Below, in pieces: positions 49,749-59,340 of a DNA stretch of 64,000 nucleotides. The stretch lies in NCBI GenBank assembly GCA_964655015.1, contig CAZZKR010000025.1, forward strand, positions 10,064 to 74,063, given 5' to 3'. A program made the position numbers and the translations under genes. The notes beneath the pieces were generated by a model. That model worked only from the letters and a program-made list of their open reading frames with translations, was not told where the DNA came from and did not search any database. This DNA is from an uncultured Nitrososphaeria archaeon. Its GTDB lineage: Archaea; Thermoproteota; Nitrososphaeria_A; Caldarchaeales; Wolframiiraptoraceae. Numbering within the stretch: position 1 is the stretch's first letter; each line of letters starts with the position of its first letter.

Positions 49749-50137
49749 CAGGCCTGCCAACTCTCTGGTATAATGCTGGCTATGTCTTTTATCTCTCTTA
49801 TACCAATCTTTCTCACTATTGATAATTTTCTCATATATGATACGTCGACTTCTTTCATGCGGCCCGACAGGTTGACAACTACTCTTCTAGCGATGCTTGC
49901 CCCTTCAGAATCCAGATCAGTCAGCACTATTAACTTAGCCGTACTGTTGTTCTCAGCCCAGCTTAGCAGGGCCCTTATGGAAGTGTACTTAAGTATTGTA
50001 CCTTTTATGCCCAGTCTTTTAAGGCATTCTTCGTCACGCTTGCCCTCGACTAATATGACTGCCCCTGACTCGCTTTCAGCCCTTAAGTCGCTAACAATTT
50101 TAAGTACTTTCTCAGTTAGTTCTTGATCTCGTTGCAT
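49745..50137 (-). CDS. Stand-alone small TOPRIM protein
   Basis: LVEGKRD and LTDLDSEG TOPRIM motifs. Confidence 0.88.
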   Translation of the reverse strand: MQRDQELTEKVLKIVSDLRAESESGAVILVEGKRDEECLKRLGIKGTILKYTSIRALLSWAENNSTAKLIVLTDLDSEGASIARRVVVNLSGRMKEVDVSYMRKLSIVRKIGIREIKDIASIIPESWQAC

Positions 50138-50339
50138 CTAAATTTCCCCACTACCCTTGGACTAAAAAATCTTTTTTTGAAAAGTTTGGTACGTTTTTCC
50201 GATGGAGATAGTCATTTTATGAGATTTTATTTGACAAAAATCGCTCATGGGTACCTCTTATGAATATACAGCCGTATTAATAACGGATTTCTGATACCTT
50301 CATTTTTACCTTGCTCCAAGTAAAGGAGGTGGATAATAG

Positions 50340-50486
50340 GTGAAGGTCGTAACCGTTCACCTTCCAGAGGTTTACCTCGACGTGATAGACGAGCTTGTAA
50401 GAAGAAAGCTTTACCCCAACAGGGCTGAGGCAATAAGAACGGCAGTTAGAGATTTCATAATGGAGGAGATGCCGGCAAGTGAGTGA
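50340..50486 (+). CDS. cdrS: Ribbon-helix-helix regulator CdrS (48 aa, absent from ORF track)
   Basis: GTG after GGAGGTG. MKVVTVHLPEVYLDVIDELVRRKLYPNRAEAIRTAVRDFI. Overlaps the ftsZ start. Confidence 0.9.
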   Translation: MKVVTVHLPEVYLDVIDELVRRKLYPNRAEAIRTAVRDFIMEEMPASE

Positions 50487-51630
50487 GATTATGCTCCCTG
50501 GTTCTAATGATGTTGAAAGAGTTGACGGGATTCGTATAAAGCTAGTCGGTATAGGTGGTGCTGGCTGTAACACGATCAGCCGACTGGCATCACAGGGATT
50601 GAATGGTGTTGTAACGATCGCTGCAAACACTGACGTACAACATCTAGAGATGATTAGAGCTCATCACAAAATCGTGCTTGGAAAAAACACGACAAGGTTT
50701 AGGGGCTCTGGCGGAGACCCGGAAAAAGGTAGGATAGCAACCGAAGAATGCGAGGACGAATTTAGAAATTTGCTCAGCGACGCCGACATAGTTTTTGTGA
50801 TGGCAGGCTTGGGCGGTGGCACTGGTACTGGAGGTGCGCCTGTGATTGCTTCGATAGCAAAAGAGTTAGGGGCTATAGTTATCAGCGTAGCGACCTTGCC
50901 TTTCAAATTCGAAGGTAATGTTCGAAAGAGAATAGCAATACAAGGATTGCAAAGGCTAAAAGAAGTATGCAACACCGTGGTGCTAATAGATAACAATAAG
51001 TTGCTCGATTTCTATCCACAGTATGAGTTAAGGACTGCCTTCTCATTGGTTGACGATGTCATAAACAATATGATGCTTAGTATAACCGAGTCGATAGTGA
51101 AACCGAGCTTGATAAACATAGACTACGCAGATTTCAAAGCACTTGTTGAAAGGGGTAACTTGGCATCTTTAGGTATAGGCAGATCCTCGTCACCAAACAG
51201 GGCTGAAGAAGCCACTTTCAATGCCTTGCAATCACCGCTACTCGACATAACCTACGATAAGCTGTCGGGCGCAATAGTACACGTCACAGGTGGTGAAGAT
51301 ATGAAGCTGAGCGAAGCTGCAAGACCAGCAGAGATAATATCGGAGCTAATGGGCATGGACACTCTTGTAATATGGGGCGCGAGGATCGATAACTATTATG
51401 CTTCGAGCATACAGGTATCGTTAATACTCACGGGGCTTAGTGACAAATTCAGCAGCAGTGCTGAAATTGATGCTGTAAACTTACCAAAAACGAATGAGGA
51501 ATTCAAAATCCCACAACCTGCCGTCCCTGCTCAACCCACTGTCGACAATGAGTTAGAATATGAGTTAGAAAGAATAGTGGCCGAGCTCGGAATTAGAAGA
51601 CTTTCAATAGAAAATGCACACGCACACTGA
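50479..51630 (+). CDS. ftsZ: Cell division protein FtsZ
   Basis: GIGGAGCN, ANTD, GLGGGTGTG, PFKFEG, INIDYAD. Confidence 0.96.
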   Translation: MSEIMLPGSNDVERVDGIRIKLVGIGGAGCNTISRLASQGLNGVVTIAANTDVQHLEMIRAHHKIVLGKNTTRFRGSGGDPEKGRIATEECEDEFRNLLSDADIVFVMAGLGGGTGTGGAPVIASIAKELGAIVISVATLPFKFEGNVRKRIAIQGLQRLKEVCNTVVLIDNNKLLDFYPQYELRTAFSLVDDVINNMMLSITESIVKPSLINIDYADFKALVERGNLASLGIGRSSSPNRAEEATFNALQSPLLDITYDKLSGAIVHVTGGEDMKLSEAARPAEIISELMGMDTLVIWGARIDNYYASSIQVSLILTGLSDKFSSSAEIDAVNLPKTNEEFKIPQPAVPAQPTVDNELEYELERIVAELGIRRLSIENAHAH

Positions 51631-51661
51631 TCCAACTTTCAGACTTCCCTAATTTTATTTT

Positions 51662-53320
51662 TTATGCTAAACCAAGTTTTGCCATTTGTTTTGATATTTC
51701 GCCGTCAGTTACTTTTCTGAATAATGGCTCTGGTTTGTTAATTTTATGTTGCGGTTTAATTGGTATTCTGAACTCTTCCCATCTTACAGTTTCTGGAGTT
51801 AAGTTTAGGTTCATCATATTCATGAGTTTATGGGCTGTAAAAGGCAGATACGGTACCATAAGGACACAAAGTACCTTAACTACTTGCATCGCCGTGTATA
51901 TTGCTCTAGGCGCATTCTCCGCTACACTCCATGGCTTCATGTCATTCAAGTATCTATTCCCTAGCTGGGCTAGCTCCAGAATAATCTTTAAGCCAGACTT
52001 AAAACGACAGTTCTCCACTCTATTCTTAAACATGGCAGCTAATCTTTCCATATTTTCCAAAAGTTCTTTATCTTGTGACTCAAGCGCACCCGGATCAGGA
52101 ACTGCGCCCCCAAACTTTGTATGAACGAATAGCAACACTCTATGAATGAAGTTACCTAGTGTCGCTACGAGTTCATTGTTTATTTTTGCTTGGAAATCCT
52201 TCCACTTAAAGTCAGAGTCCTTAGTTTCGGGAGCTATTATCGCGGCGTAGTACCTAATTAGATCAGGCTCATAATTTTCAAGCATTTCATGGAGCCAAAT
52301 TACCCAACCTCTACTTGTTGAAAGTTTTTGCCCCTCTAGGTTCACGAACTCATTCACGACAACGTTATAGGGCAGAATGTAGTCACCATGCGCTATAAGT
52401 ATGGCTGGAAACAGGATTGTGTGAAAGAAAAGGTTGTCCTTTCCTATAAAACAGTAAAGCCTCGTCTCTGGATCTAACCAAAACTTTTTCCATGCATCCG
52501 GCTGTCCAACTTGTATGCTCCAGTCTTTAGTTGCTGATATGTAGCCCAGCAGATTTTCAACCCAGTTGTAAAGTACTTGTCCCTCTGCTCCGGGGAAGGG
52601 CGCGGGTGGTCCCCAATCATAATCCCTTGTTATGTCTTTGTCCTTTAGCCCCTCCTTCTCCAACCAAGATATGGTCTTATTATAGGTCGATTTTCTCCAG
52701 AACTTCTTAGGTTTCACATAATTAAGTACTTCCTGTGTCAAAGCAGACAGTTTTAGAAAGTAATGGTCCTTTTCCACAACTATTGGTTTGCCACCGCACA
52801 AGGTACAAACAGGGTCTATCAGCTCAATCGCCTCATACCAGCTTGCACACACCTCGCAAGCCTCACCATATTGGTCAGGCGCTCCACAGACTGGACATGT
52901 GCCCTTTACGAATCTATCAGGCAACACTTTTTCATCCTTTGGGCAATACCATTGCTTTATTCTTTTCTTGTAAATGTAACCTTTTTCCCACAATCTACTG
53001 TAAAACTCGTGCACTGTGTCGTAATGGATTTTTTTAGAAGTTCTGGAGAATATGTCGAAACTTATCCCAAGCTTGGCGAAGGTGTCTCTTTGAATTGGAT
53101 AAAACATATCACACAGCTGTTGCGGGGTCATGCCCTTTCTCATGGCTTCAAGCACAATGCTTGAGGCGTTTTCATCGGTTCCGCATACGAACAAGACCTC
53201 GTGCCCGAGCATCCTCATGAATCGTGCAAATATATCGGCTGGAAGATACGCTCCACTAAGATGACCGAAGTGTCTCGGCGCATAGGAGTATGGTAAAGCG
53301 GCCGTTACTAGGATCCTTAG
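51662..53320 (-). CDS. metG: Methionyl-tRNA synthetase (short form), no canonical in-frame start
   Basis: RILVTAALPY..HFGH (HIGH) upstream of the first ATG at 53218. GTDE, zinc knuckles, GKDN, KLSTS. Confidence 0.93.
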   Translation of the reverse strand, partial: LRILVTAALPYSYAPRHFGHLSGAYLPADIFARFMRMLGHEVLFVCGTDENASSIVLEAMRKGMTPQQLCDMFYPIQRDTFAKLGISFDIFSRTSKKIHYDTVHEFYSRLWEKGYIYKKRIKQWYCPKDEKVLPDRFVKGTCPVCGAPDQYGEACEVCASWYEAIELIDPVCTLCGGKPIVVEKDHYFLKLSALTQEVLNYVKPKKFWRKSTYNKTISWLEKEGLKDKDITRDYDWGPPAPFPGAEGQVLYNWVENLLGYISATKDWSIQVGQPDAWKKFWLDPETRLYCFIGKDNLFFHTILFPAILIAHGDYILPYNVVVNEFVNLEGQKLSTSRGWVIWLHEMLENYEPDLIRYYAAIIAPETKDSDFKWKDFQAKINNELVATLGNFIHRVLLFVHTKFGGAVPDPGALESQDKELLENMERLAAMFKNRVENCRFKSGLKIILELAQLGNRYLNDMKPWSVAENAPRAIYTAMQVVKVLCVLMVPYLPFTAHKLMNMMNLNLTPETVRWEEFRIPIKPQHKINKPEPLFRKVTDGEISKQMAKLGLA

Positions 53321-53430
53321 GACCCAACACCCTCCTGTTACATCCTAGAAAAGGTTTATTTAAACAAATCGTCAAATCGGCACGAACAAAAGCTATATTA
53401 TCAGCAGGGTTCCTCTAATTTTAACAAATC

Positions 53431-55287
53431 ATGAAGCTACTGATATTACATACGGACTTTGTCGAGTATGAGCCAGTGATGAGGGAAAGTAGGGTATTCG
53501 AAGAGGCAGAGATGGGACGTAGAAGACTTGAGGATATAATCTTAGTTCTTACGGCTGTGGAAGAAGGGGATGATGAGGCTGCGGTAGATAAAGCCGTGAG
53601 CGAGTTGAAGGAGTATTCATCAAAGGTTGGCAACAGGCGCATACTCATATACCCATACGCCCATCTTAGCAATAAACTCGCAACGCCGGAAAAAGCGTTG
53701 GAAATCATTCGCATGTTTAGGGGAAAATGTGAGACAGAAGGGATGGAGGTTTATACCTCGCCGTTCGGCTGGACCAAAGCTCTTTCTCTATCAGTTAAGG
53801 GACATCCTTTGGCTGAGCAGTTCAGATCAATAACGTCGGGAGTAGCTGATACTGTTTACATCCCAAAAGCCCTGATTATGGAAGAGAAGATAAGGTCGTA
53901 CTGGTACATATTGACGCCGGATGGGGAATTAATTCCAGTAGAATCCTTTGACTTTTCAGGGCATGAGGGCCTGAGAGCGCTCGCAGCATACGAAATGGCA
54001 AAATCAAGAGCAGTCTTACAGGCACCACCTCACGTCGATTTAATGAAGAAGCTAGAGATTGCGGATTACGAGCCAGGAAGCGACCTTGGTAACATGAGGT
54101 GGCCAGCTAAAGGGAGACTGATAAAATCCCTCATCGAGCAGTATGTGACTGAAAAAGTCATAGAGTATGGCGGAATGGAGATAGAGACGCCCATAATGTA
54201 TGATCTAAAGCATCCATGCTTAGAGAGTTATCTGAACAGGTTTCCTGCCAGACAATACATAGTAAAGTCCGATGATAAGGAATTCTTCTTAAGGTTCGCT
54301 GCATGTTTCGGTCAGTTCCTTCTAGCACATGACATGCAGATATCTTACAAACAACTTCCTGTTAGGCTGTATGAGTTAACGAGATATAGCTTCAGGAGGG
54401 AGAAAAGCGGTGAGCTAGTTGGTTTAAAGAGATTGAGGGCATTTACGATGCCCGACGTTCATGCGTTATGTGCTGATATTCAGCAGGCCAAAGAGGAAAT
54501 GTTACGCAGGCTTGAGTTATCGATAAATGTTTTGGAAGGTATCGGCTTAAATAAAGACGATTATGAGATGGCAATTAGGTTCACAAAAGATTTCTACGAA
54601 TCTAACAAGGAATTCGTGACAGAGTTGGTAAAGAGGTTTGGAAAGCCAGCATTGGTTGAGATGTGGGAAGAGAGATTCTTCTACTTCGTTCTGAAATGGG
54701 AATTTAACTTTATTGATAATTTAGGAAAGGCATCTGCTCTTTCTACGGACCAGATAGACGTCGAGAATGCAGAGCGTTACGATATAACGTATGTTGATCA
54801 ATTTGGAAACAAAAAACACCCGATAATTTTACACTGTTCACCAAGCGGTGCCATAGAGAGGGTTATCTATGCTCTCTTAGAGAAAGCTTACAAGGTTTAC
54901 AAGGAAGGTGGCAAGCCTATGCTGCCAGTTTGGTTATCGCCAACGCAAGTCAGGCTGATACCGGTATCCGACATCTTTGTGGAAGACTGCGTAATGCTGA
55001 GTGAAAGGTTAGAAAATGAGCAGATAAGAGTTGATGTGGATGATAGGTTGGAGACCGTTGAGAAGAAAGTTCGAGATGCGGAGACAGAGTGGGTTCCCTA
55101 CGTAATAGTTTTTGGAAAAAGGGAGAAAGAGTCCAACGTATTTTCCGTGAGGGTTAGAGAATCAGGTAGCATAAAGCAGATGACACTCGAGGAACTGATT
55201 AAGGAGATACGGTCAAAAAACTTTGGAAGACCTTATAAAAAGCTCAGCCTACCTAGACTGTTGTCTAAGAGACCGAGCTTTAGATGA
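53431..55287 (+). CDS. thrS: Threonyl-tRNA synthetase, archaeal type with editing domain
   Basis: IYPYAHLS, PFGWTK, LRFAACFG, FRREKSGE, LHCSPSGAIER. Confidence 0.97.
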   Translation: MKLLILHTDFVEYEPVMRESRVFEEAEMGRRRLEDIILVLTAVEEGDDEAAVDKAVSELKEYSSKVGNRRILIYPYAHLSNKLATPEKALEIIRMFRGKCETEGMEVYTSPFGWTKALSLSVKGHPLAEQFRSITSGVADTVYIPKALIMEEKIRSYWYILTPDGELIPVESFDFSGHEGLRALAAYEMAKSRAVLQAPPHVDLMKKLEIADYEPGSDLGNMRWPAKGRLIKSLIEQYVTEKVIEYGGMEIETPIMYDLKHPCLESYLNRFPARQYIVKSDDKEFFLRFAACFGQFLLAHDMQISYKQLPVRLYELTRYSFRREKSGELVGLKRLRAFTMPDVHALCADIQQAKEEMLRRLELSINVLEGIGLNKDDYEMAIRFTKDFYESNKEFVTELVKRFGKPALVEMWEERFFYFVLKWEFNFIDNLGKASALSTDQIDVENAERYDITYVDQFGNKKHPIILHCSPSGAIERVIYALLEKAYKVYKEGGKPMLPVWLSPTQVRLIPVSDIFVEDCVMLSERLENEQIRVDVDDRLETVEKKVRDAETEWVPYVIVFGKREKESNVFSVRVRESGSIKQMTLEELIKEIRSKNFGRPYKKLSLPRLLSKRPSFR

Positions 55288-55345
55288 GTTGCCCCTCGCG
55301 AAGTTGCATACACTCAGTATACTTTTACATAAAATTTTGCATCAA

Positions 55346-55360
55346 GCAAATTTTATATAC
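55346..55360 (+). promoter_or_regulatory. BRE/TATA promoter of the his operon
   Basis: GCAAA-TTTTATATAC predicts a start near 55385 and a long 5' UTR. Confidence 0.6.
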
Positions 55361-55386
55361 CAGATTTTGTATTTCCCACACCTAAG

Positions 55387-55508
55387 CGTGGAGGGTCTTG
55401 GCCGAAGAGGTTGGTCAAGTTCATCATACCGTTTACATTCTTCTTTAGCTTTAGTATTATATCTAGGCCAAAACCCTCTCTACGGCGTGTGAAGGTTGGT
55501 GTTAATTT
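55387..55508 (+). promoter_or_regulatory. Structured his leader with a His-His uORF (55398-55448)
   Basis: 16-bp stem 55387-55403/55466-55484. uORF MAEEVGQVHHTVYILL. Confidence 0.45.
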
Positions 55509-56474
55509 ATGGTCAAAATAAAGTTTGCTATACCAAAAGGTTCGCTTGAAAAGAACACGTTCGAGTTACTAGAGAAGGCTATGTATAGGGTGCGCGGCCA
55601 GGATAGGACGTATAGGCCTGTTGTTGACGATCCAGAAATCGAACTTAAAATACTAAGACCCCAGGAGATTCCAATATTCGTTGCCGAAGGTTCCCAGGAT
55701 TTGGGTATAACTGGTGTCGACTGGATACGCGAGACCAATGCAGATGTCGAGGTGTTGATGGACTTAGAGTACGGTAGGGTTAAACTCGTCGTGGCTCTTC
55801 CTGAAAGTATGAACTTTAACTCATTGCCTGAGCTGTTTGAACATCACTGGAAAGAGGGCAAGATCGTGAGGATATCTACCGAATACTTGAACATAGCAGC
55901 ACAACACGTAAAAAGTTATGATGTGTACAAGAAGTGGTTTAAGGATGAGGAACCTCTTGTCATAACGCCTTGGTGGAAAAGGGGAACGAATCGCTTTGTG
56001 AGCATTTTCCTTTCGTTTGGTGCTACAGAAGCGAAGCCACCTGAAGATGCGGATGCTATAATCGATATTATCGAGACTGGCAGAACACTTGAGCAGAACA
56101 ACTTAAGACCAGTAGAGGTGATACTCGAATCATCAGCTGTTTTGATAGCGAACAAAAAGTCCTTAAACATGCCAGAGAAGCGCGAAAAGATACTGGACGT
56201 CATGACTATGCTGAAGGGTGTGATCGATGGTGGAAAGAAATTACATATATTCGTCAATGTAAAGGAGGAGAACCTCGAGCAACTTCTCAACAGTCTTCCA
56301 GCCTTGAAGAAACCCACGATAAGTCCACTGTCTGCTAAAGGTTGGTACTCAGTAAATACTATAGTCGATAAACAGCAATTCCTTAAATTATTGCCGACCC
56401 TAAGAAGGTTGGCTCAAGGACTCGTCGTTCACGAGCCCCAGTTAATACTCCCGCTAGAAGATATTCCGCGCTGA
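55509..56474 (+). CDS. hisG: ATP phosphoribosyltransferase (long form)
   Basis: AIPKGSL, RPQEIP, DLGITG, GATE, ETGRTL, C-terminal regulatory domain. Confidence 0.95.
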   Translation: MVKIKFAIPKGSLEKNTFELLEKAMYRVRGQDRTYRPVVDDPEIELKILRPQEIPIFVAEGSQDLGITGVDWIRETNADVEVLMDLEYGRVKLVVALPESMNFNSLPELFEHHWKEGKIVRISTEYLNIAAQHVKSYDVYKKWFKDEEPLVITPWWKRGTNRFVSIFLSFGATEAKPPEDADAIIDIIETGRTLEQNNLRPVEVILESSAVLIANKKSLNMPEKREKILDVMTMLKGVIDGGKKLHIFVNVKEENLEQLLNSLPALKKPTISPLSAKGWYSVNTIVDKQQFLKLLPTLRRLAQGLVVHEPQLILPLEDIPR

Positions 56475-56480
56475 CGTGAA

Positions 56481-57587
56481 ATGTGTATGAAAAGAATGAA
56501 CACCAGAACTTGGTTAAGGAATAGGCTGAATAGATTAAGTATGCTTGAGCCATATACGTTTCCTGAGCTGTGGAACAGTAGTATTGGATATTCTGAACCG
56601 TTGATAAAGCTCGATGCGAATGAAAATTATTTCATCCCAAAAGAGCTCATCTCGAGAGCGTTGCAGGAGGCAGTTTCTGAAGTAGACCTTAGATTCTATC
56701 CAGTAGCTGAGTACAGGCAGCTTACGGAGGCGCTTGCGGAAAGGCTGAATGTACCTCCTGAGTACATCGTGCTTGGAAGCGGTAGCAGTCAACTTATTGA
56801 CGCTATAATTTACTCTTTTGCAAAGCGAGATGGCAAAGTAATTTCACTAAAACCGTCCTTCTCGTTATATCGCATGAGGGCGAGGGTGCATGATGCTAAG
56901 TTTGTTGAAGTGCCGCTAAATGACGATTTTTCGATGAATAATGAGAGCGTACTTAAAGTTGCTGGGAATTCGGGCGTGATCTTCATATGTTCGCCAAATA
57001 ATCCCACCGGTAACCAGTTTTCGCAAAAATCTGTACTCGATGTGGTGGAGTCTTTTCCGGGACTTGTTGTTGTTGATGAGGCTTATGCAGACTTCGCGGA
57101 TTTTTCGCTCATAACAAAGGTTTTAGATTATCATAACTTAGCGGTTCTCAGAAGTTTCTCAAAGACCTACGGTCTTGCAGGCGGAAGGCTAGGCTACTTA
57201 GTAGCAAATGCTGAGTTGGCAGAACTCTTGAGGAGTAGAGTGCTCCGACCGTACAGCGTTTCTAGCGTTACGCTTAAGACCGCTCTAAAGCTACTTGAGA
57301 AATATGATACAATACTACAGTGTATTGAAAAGTTAAAAGAAGAAAGGAGGATATTCTATCAAAAATTAAATAGCTTAAACGATGTCAAAGCTTTTGACTC
57401 TAAAGCCAACTTTGTGTTTGTTAACATATTGAACGACGATGGTTCATTAGGAGATAAACTTGCGTCGCGAAGAATTTACATACGAAAGGTTGGCAAAATT
57501 TTTACCGAGGGTTTCGCTTATAGGATAACTGTGGGTTTGCCAGAAATGAATAATGTTTTGATTGAGGAGTTGAAGATGCTAATATGA
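56481..57587 (+). CDS. hisC: Histidinol-phosphate aminotransferase
   Basis: LDANEN, SPNNPTG, VDEAY, RSFSKTYGLAG. Confidence 0.93.
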   Translation: MCMKRMNTRTWLRNRLNRLSMLEPYTFPELWNSSIGYSEPLIKLDANENYFIPKELISRALQEAVSEVDLRFYPVAEYRQLTEALAERLNVPPEYIVLGSGSSQLIDAIIYSFAKRDGKVISLKPSFSLYRMRARVHDAKFVEVPLNDDFSMNNESVLKVAGNSGVIFICSPNNPTGNQFSQKSVLDVVESFPGLVVVDEAYADFADFSLITKVLDYHNLAVLRSFSKTYGLAGGRLGYLVANAELAELLRSRVLRPYSVSSVTLKTALKLLEKYDTILQCIEKLKEERRIFYQKLNSLNDVKAFDSKANFVFVNILNDDGSLGDKLASRRIYIRKVGKIFTEGFAYRITVGLPEMNNVLIEELKMLI

Positions 57588-58786
57588 GCGAATCGGCTTA
57601 TAGTGCTCTGGAGATCAACGGACGGCACGTCAAGATAAAAGAAGGCATTAAAGAATCTTTAGCAAACGTTGACGCTATAATATTTGACTGCGATGGGGTA
57701 CTCATAGACATTAGAGACTCATACAATAAAGCTATACACAAAACAGTAGAGTACATTTTTTCAATAATGCCGGTTGACGTCGACGGGCCGATAACGACGG
57801 ATACTCAGATTGACGCTCTTAGAATGTGCGGTGGTTTTAACAACGATTGGGATACGACATATGTGTTGAGTGAGTGGACGTTTTTGAACATGCCCAAAGA
57901 ATGTGTTAAGTATTTTTCAGATGCAATGAGTAACTTAGAAGTGAGCAGCTCGTTAACTGATATGATAAATTTCTTATCGAATAGCTTCAGGAAAAATAGA
58001 TGTAAGATGTCGCTTCAAGAACATCGGGACAAGTTTATAGAAATGCTCCGCAAACTCATGAAGAGTAAAACTTACCTCGACCGATATGATATCGACACCA
58101 TAATGGATATGATTGCTGCCGAAAAGGAACTCACAAACGAACTCCGCCAATTTAGGAAGTTTCTGGGCTATCCGGGAAACTTCGGAGAATGTCTTTTAGT
58201 AACGGTCTTTGATGAGCTTTTCTACGGCGCAGAGGGTGTGGAGGCAGTATACAACACAAAACCGTTTTTCTTTAACGGTCCCGGCCTCTTCCAGAATGAG
58301 AAGCCATTAATTAAGGAGGAGACTTTAATAAAACTGCAGAAAATAGTCGGCCATTCCAGAATGACGATTGCTTCCGGTAGAGATAGGTGGTCGGCGAAGA
58401 AAGTCTTAGGAAAGTTGTTTGAATATTTCAACCAAGAGGCAGCCGTGTTCTTGGCTGATGAGGTTCGTCTCATAGGTCAGGAGGCTCAGAAGGTGGGGAA
58501 ACCAGATCCATATTCTCTATTTAAGGCAGCATCTTACTTGCTACCTAAGGGAAATGTCTTGTACGTTGGCGACTCTGCAGAAGATTTGCTGACGACGAAA
58601 AATGCTAACAAACCAATGAAGAGGTTTATATTCGCTGGCATATACGCGAGTAGTGATGCACCGAACCTAAAGATTGAGCATTTTATGGAAAGGGGTGCAG
58701 ACATCATAATACCTAGTGTGAATGAGCTTCCAGAACTTCTCATGTATGCTAAGGAGGGACAGACATGGAAAGAAGGGCGACTGTAG
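57584..58786 (+). CDS. HAD-family hydrolase with large cap, candidate histidinol-phosphatase
   Basis: FDCDGV, ASGR, KPDP, YVGDSAED. Lies between hisC and hisB. Confidence 0.8.
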   Translation: MSESAYSALEINGRHVKIKEGIKESLANVDAIIFDCDGVLIDIRDSYNKAIHKTVEYIFSIMPVDVDGPITTDTQIDALRMCGGFNNDWDTTYVLSEWTFLNMPKECVKYFSDAMSNLEVSSSLTDMINFLSNSFRKNRCKMSLQEHRDKFIEMLRKLMKSKTYLDRYDIDTIMDMIAAEKELTNELRQFRKFLGYPGNFGECLLVTVFDELFYGAEGVEAVYNTKPFFFNGPGLFQNEKPLIKEETLIKLQKIVGHSRMTIASGRDRWSAKKVLGKLFEYFNQEAAVFLADEVRLIGQEAQKVGKPDPYSLFKAASYLLPKGNVLYVGDSAEDLLTTKNANKPMKRFIFAGIYASSDAPNLKIEHFMERGADIIIPSVNELPELLMYAKEGQTWKEGRL

Positions 58787-59340
58787 AAAGAAGGACGTTG
58801 GAATCAAACATTTTTGTGGATGTGTTATTGGATGGGCAGGGCACCGCAAAATCCAAGACCGGTATAAAATTCCTTGACCATATGATAGCGACGCTGGCAA
58901 CACATAGTATGATGGATGTGGTCGTGGAGGCGACGGGCGACCTTACACATCATGTCGTTGAGGATGTGGCCTTAACACTTGGTTCAGCTATCTCAAAAGC
59001 GCTAGGTAATAGAGAAGGCATCAAAAGATTTGGTTACGCTATCATAGCCATGGATGATGCCTTAGCAGTGGTGAGTATTGACTTGGTCAAAAGACCGTAC
59101 GCCATCGTGAAGCTCAAGATAGATGGTCTGCAAATTGAGGATGTTGCAAAAGAGGACATTTATCACTTTTTTAGGTCGCTTGCATTCTCGCTTGAGGCTA
59201 CGATGCACGTGCTAGTGCTTTATGGCGAAAACGATCATCATAAAGTTGAGGCGGCTACAAAAGCTTTGGCAATATCCTTAAGACAAGCCATATCGTTTGA
59301 TGAAAGAAGAAGACAAGCTAGTGCGAAGGGAACGCTTTGA
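58765..59340 (+). CDS. hisB: Imidazoleglycerol-phosphate dehydratase (monofunctional)
   Basis: FLDHM, HHVVED, MDDA, NDHHKVEA. Confidence 0.96.
   Translation: MERRATVERRTLESNIFVDVLLDGQGTAKSKTGIKFLDHMIATLATHSMMDVVVEATGDLTHHVVEDVALTLGSAISKALGNREGIKRFGYAIIAMDDALAVVSIDLVKRPYAIVKLKIDGLQIEDVAKEDIYHFFRSLAFSLEATMHVLVLYGENDHHKVEAATKALAISLRQAISFDERRRQASAKGTL

Noticed and set aside
53314..53350. A second BHB intron joining AUG (53343) to the metG frame by removing 20 nt
   Set aside because: The region forms a hairpin, but I found no register with a 4-bp helix flanked by two 3-nt bulges at the required cut sites.
55223..55492. 89-aa ORF spanning the thrS end and the his leader
   Set aside because: Crosses the TATA box and has no recognisable motif.
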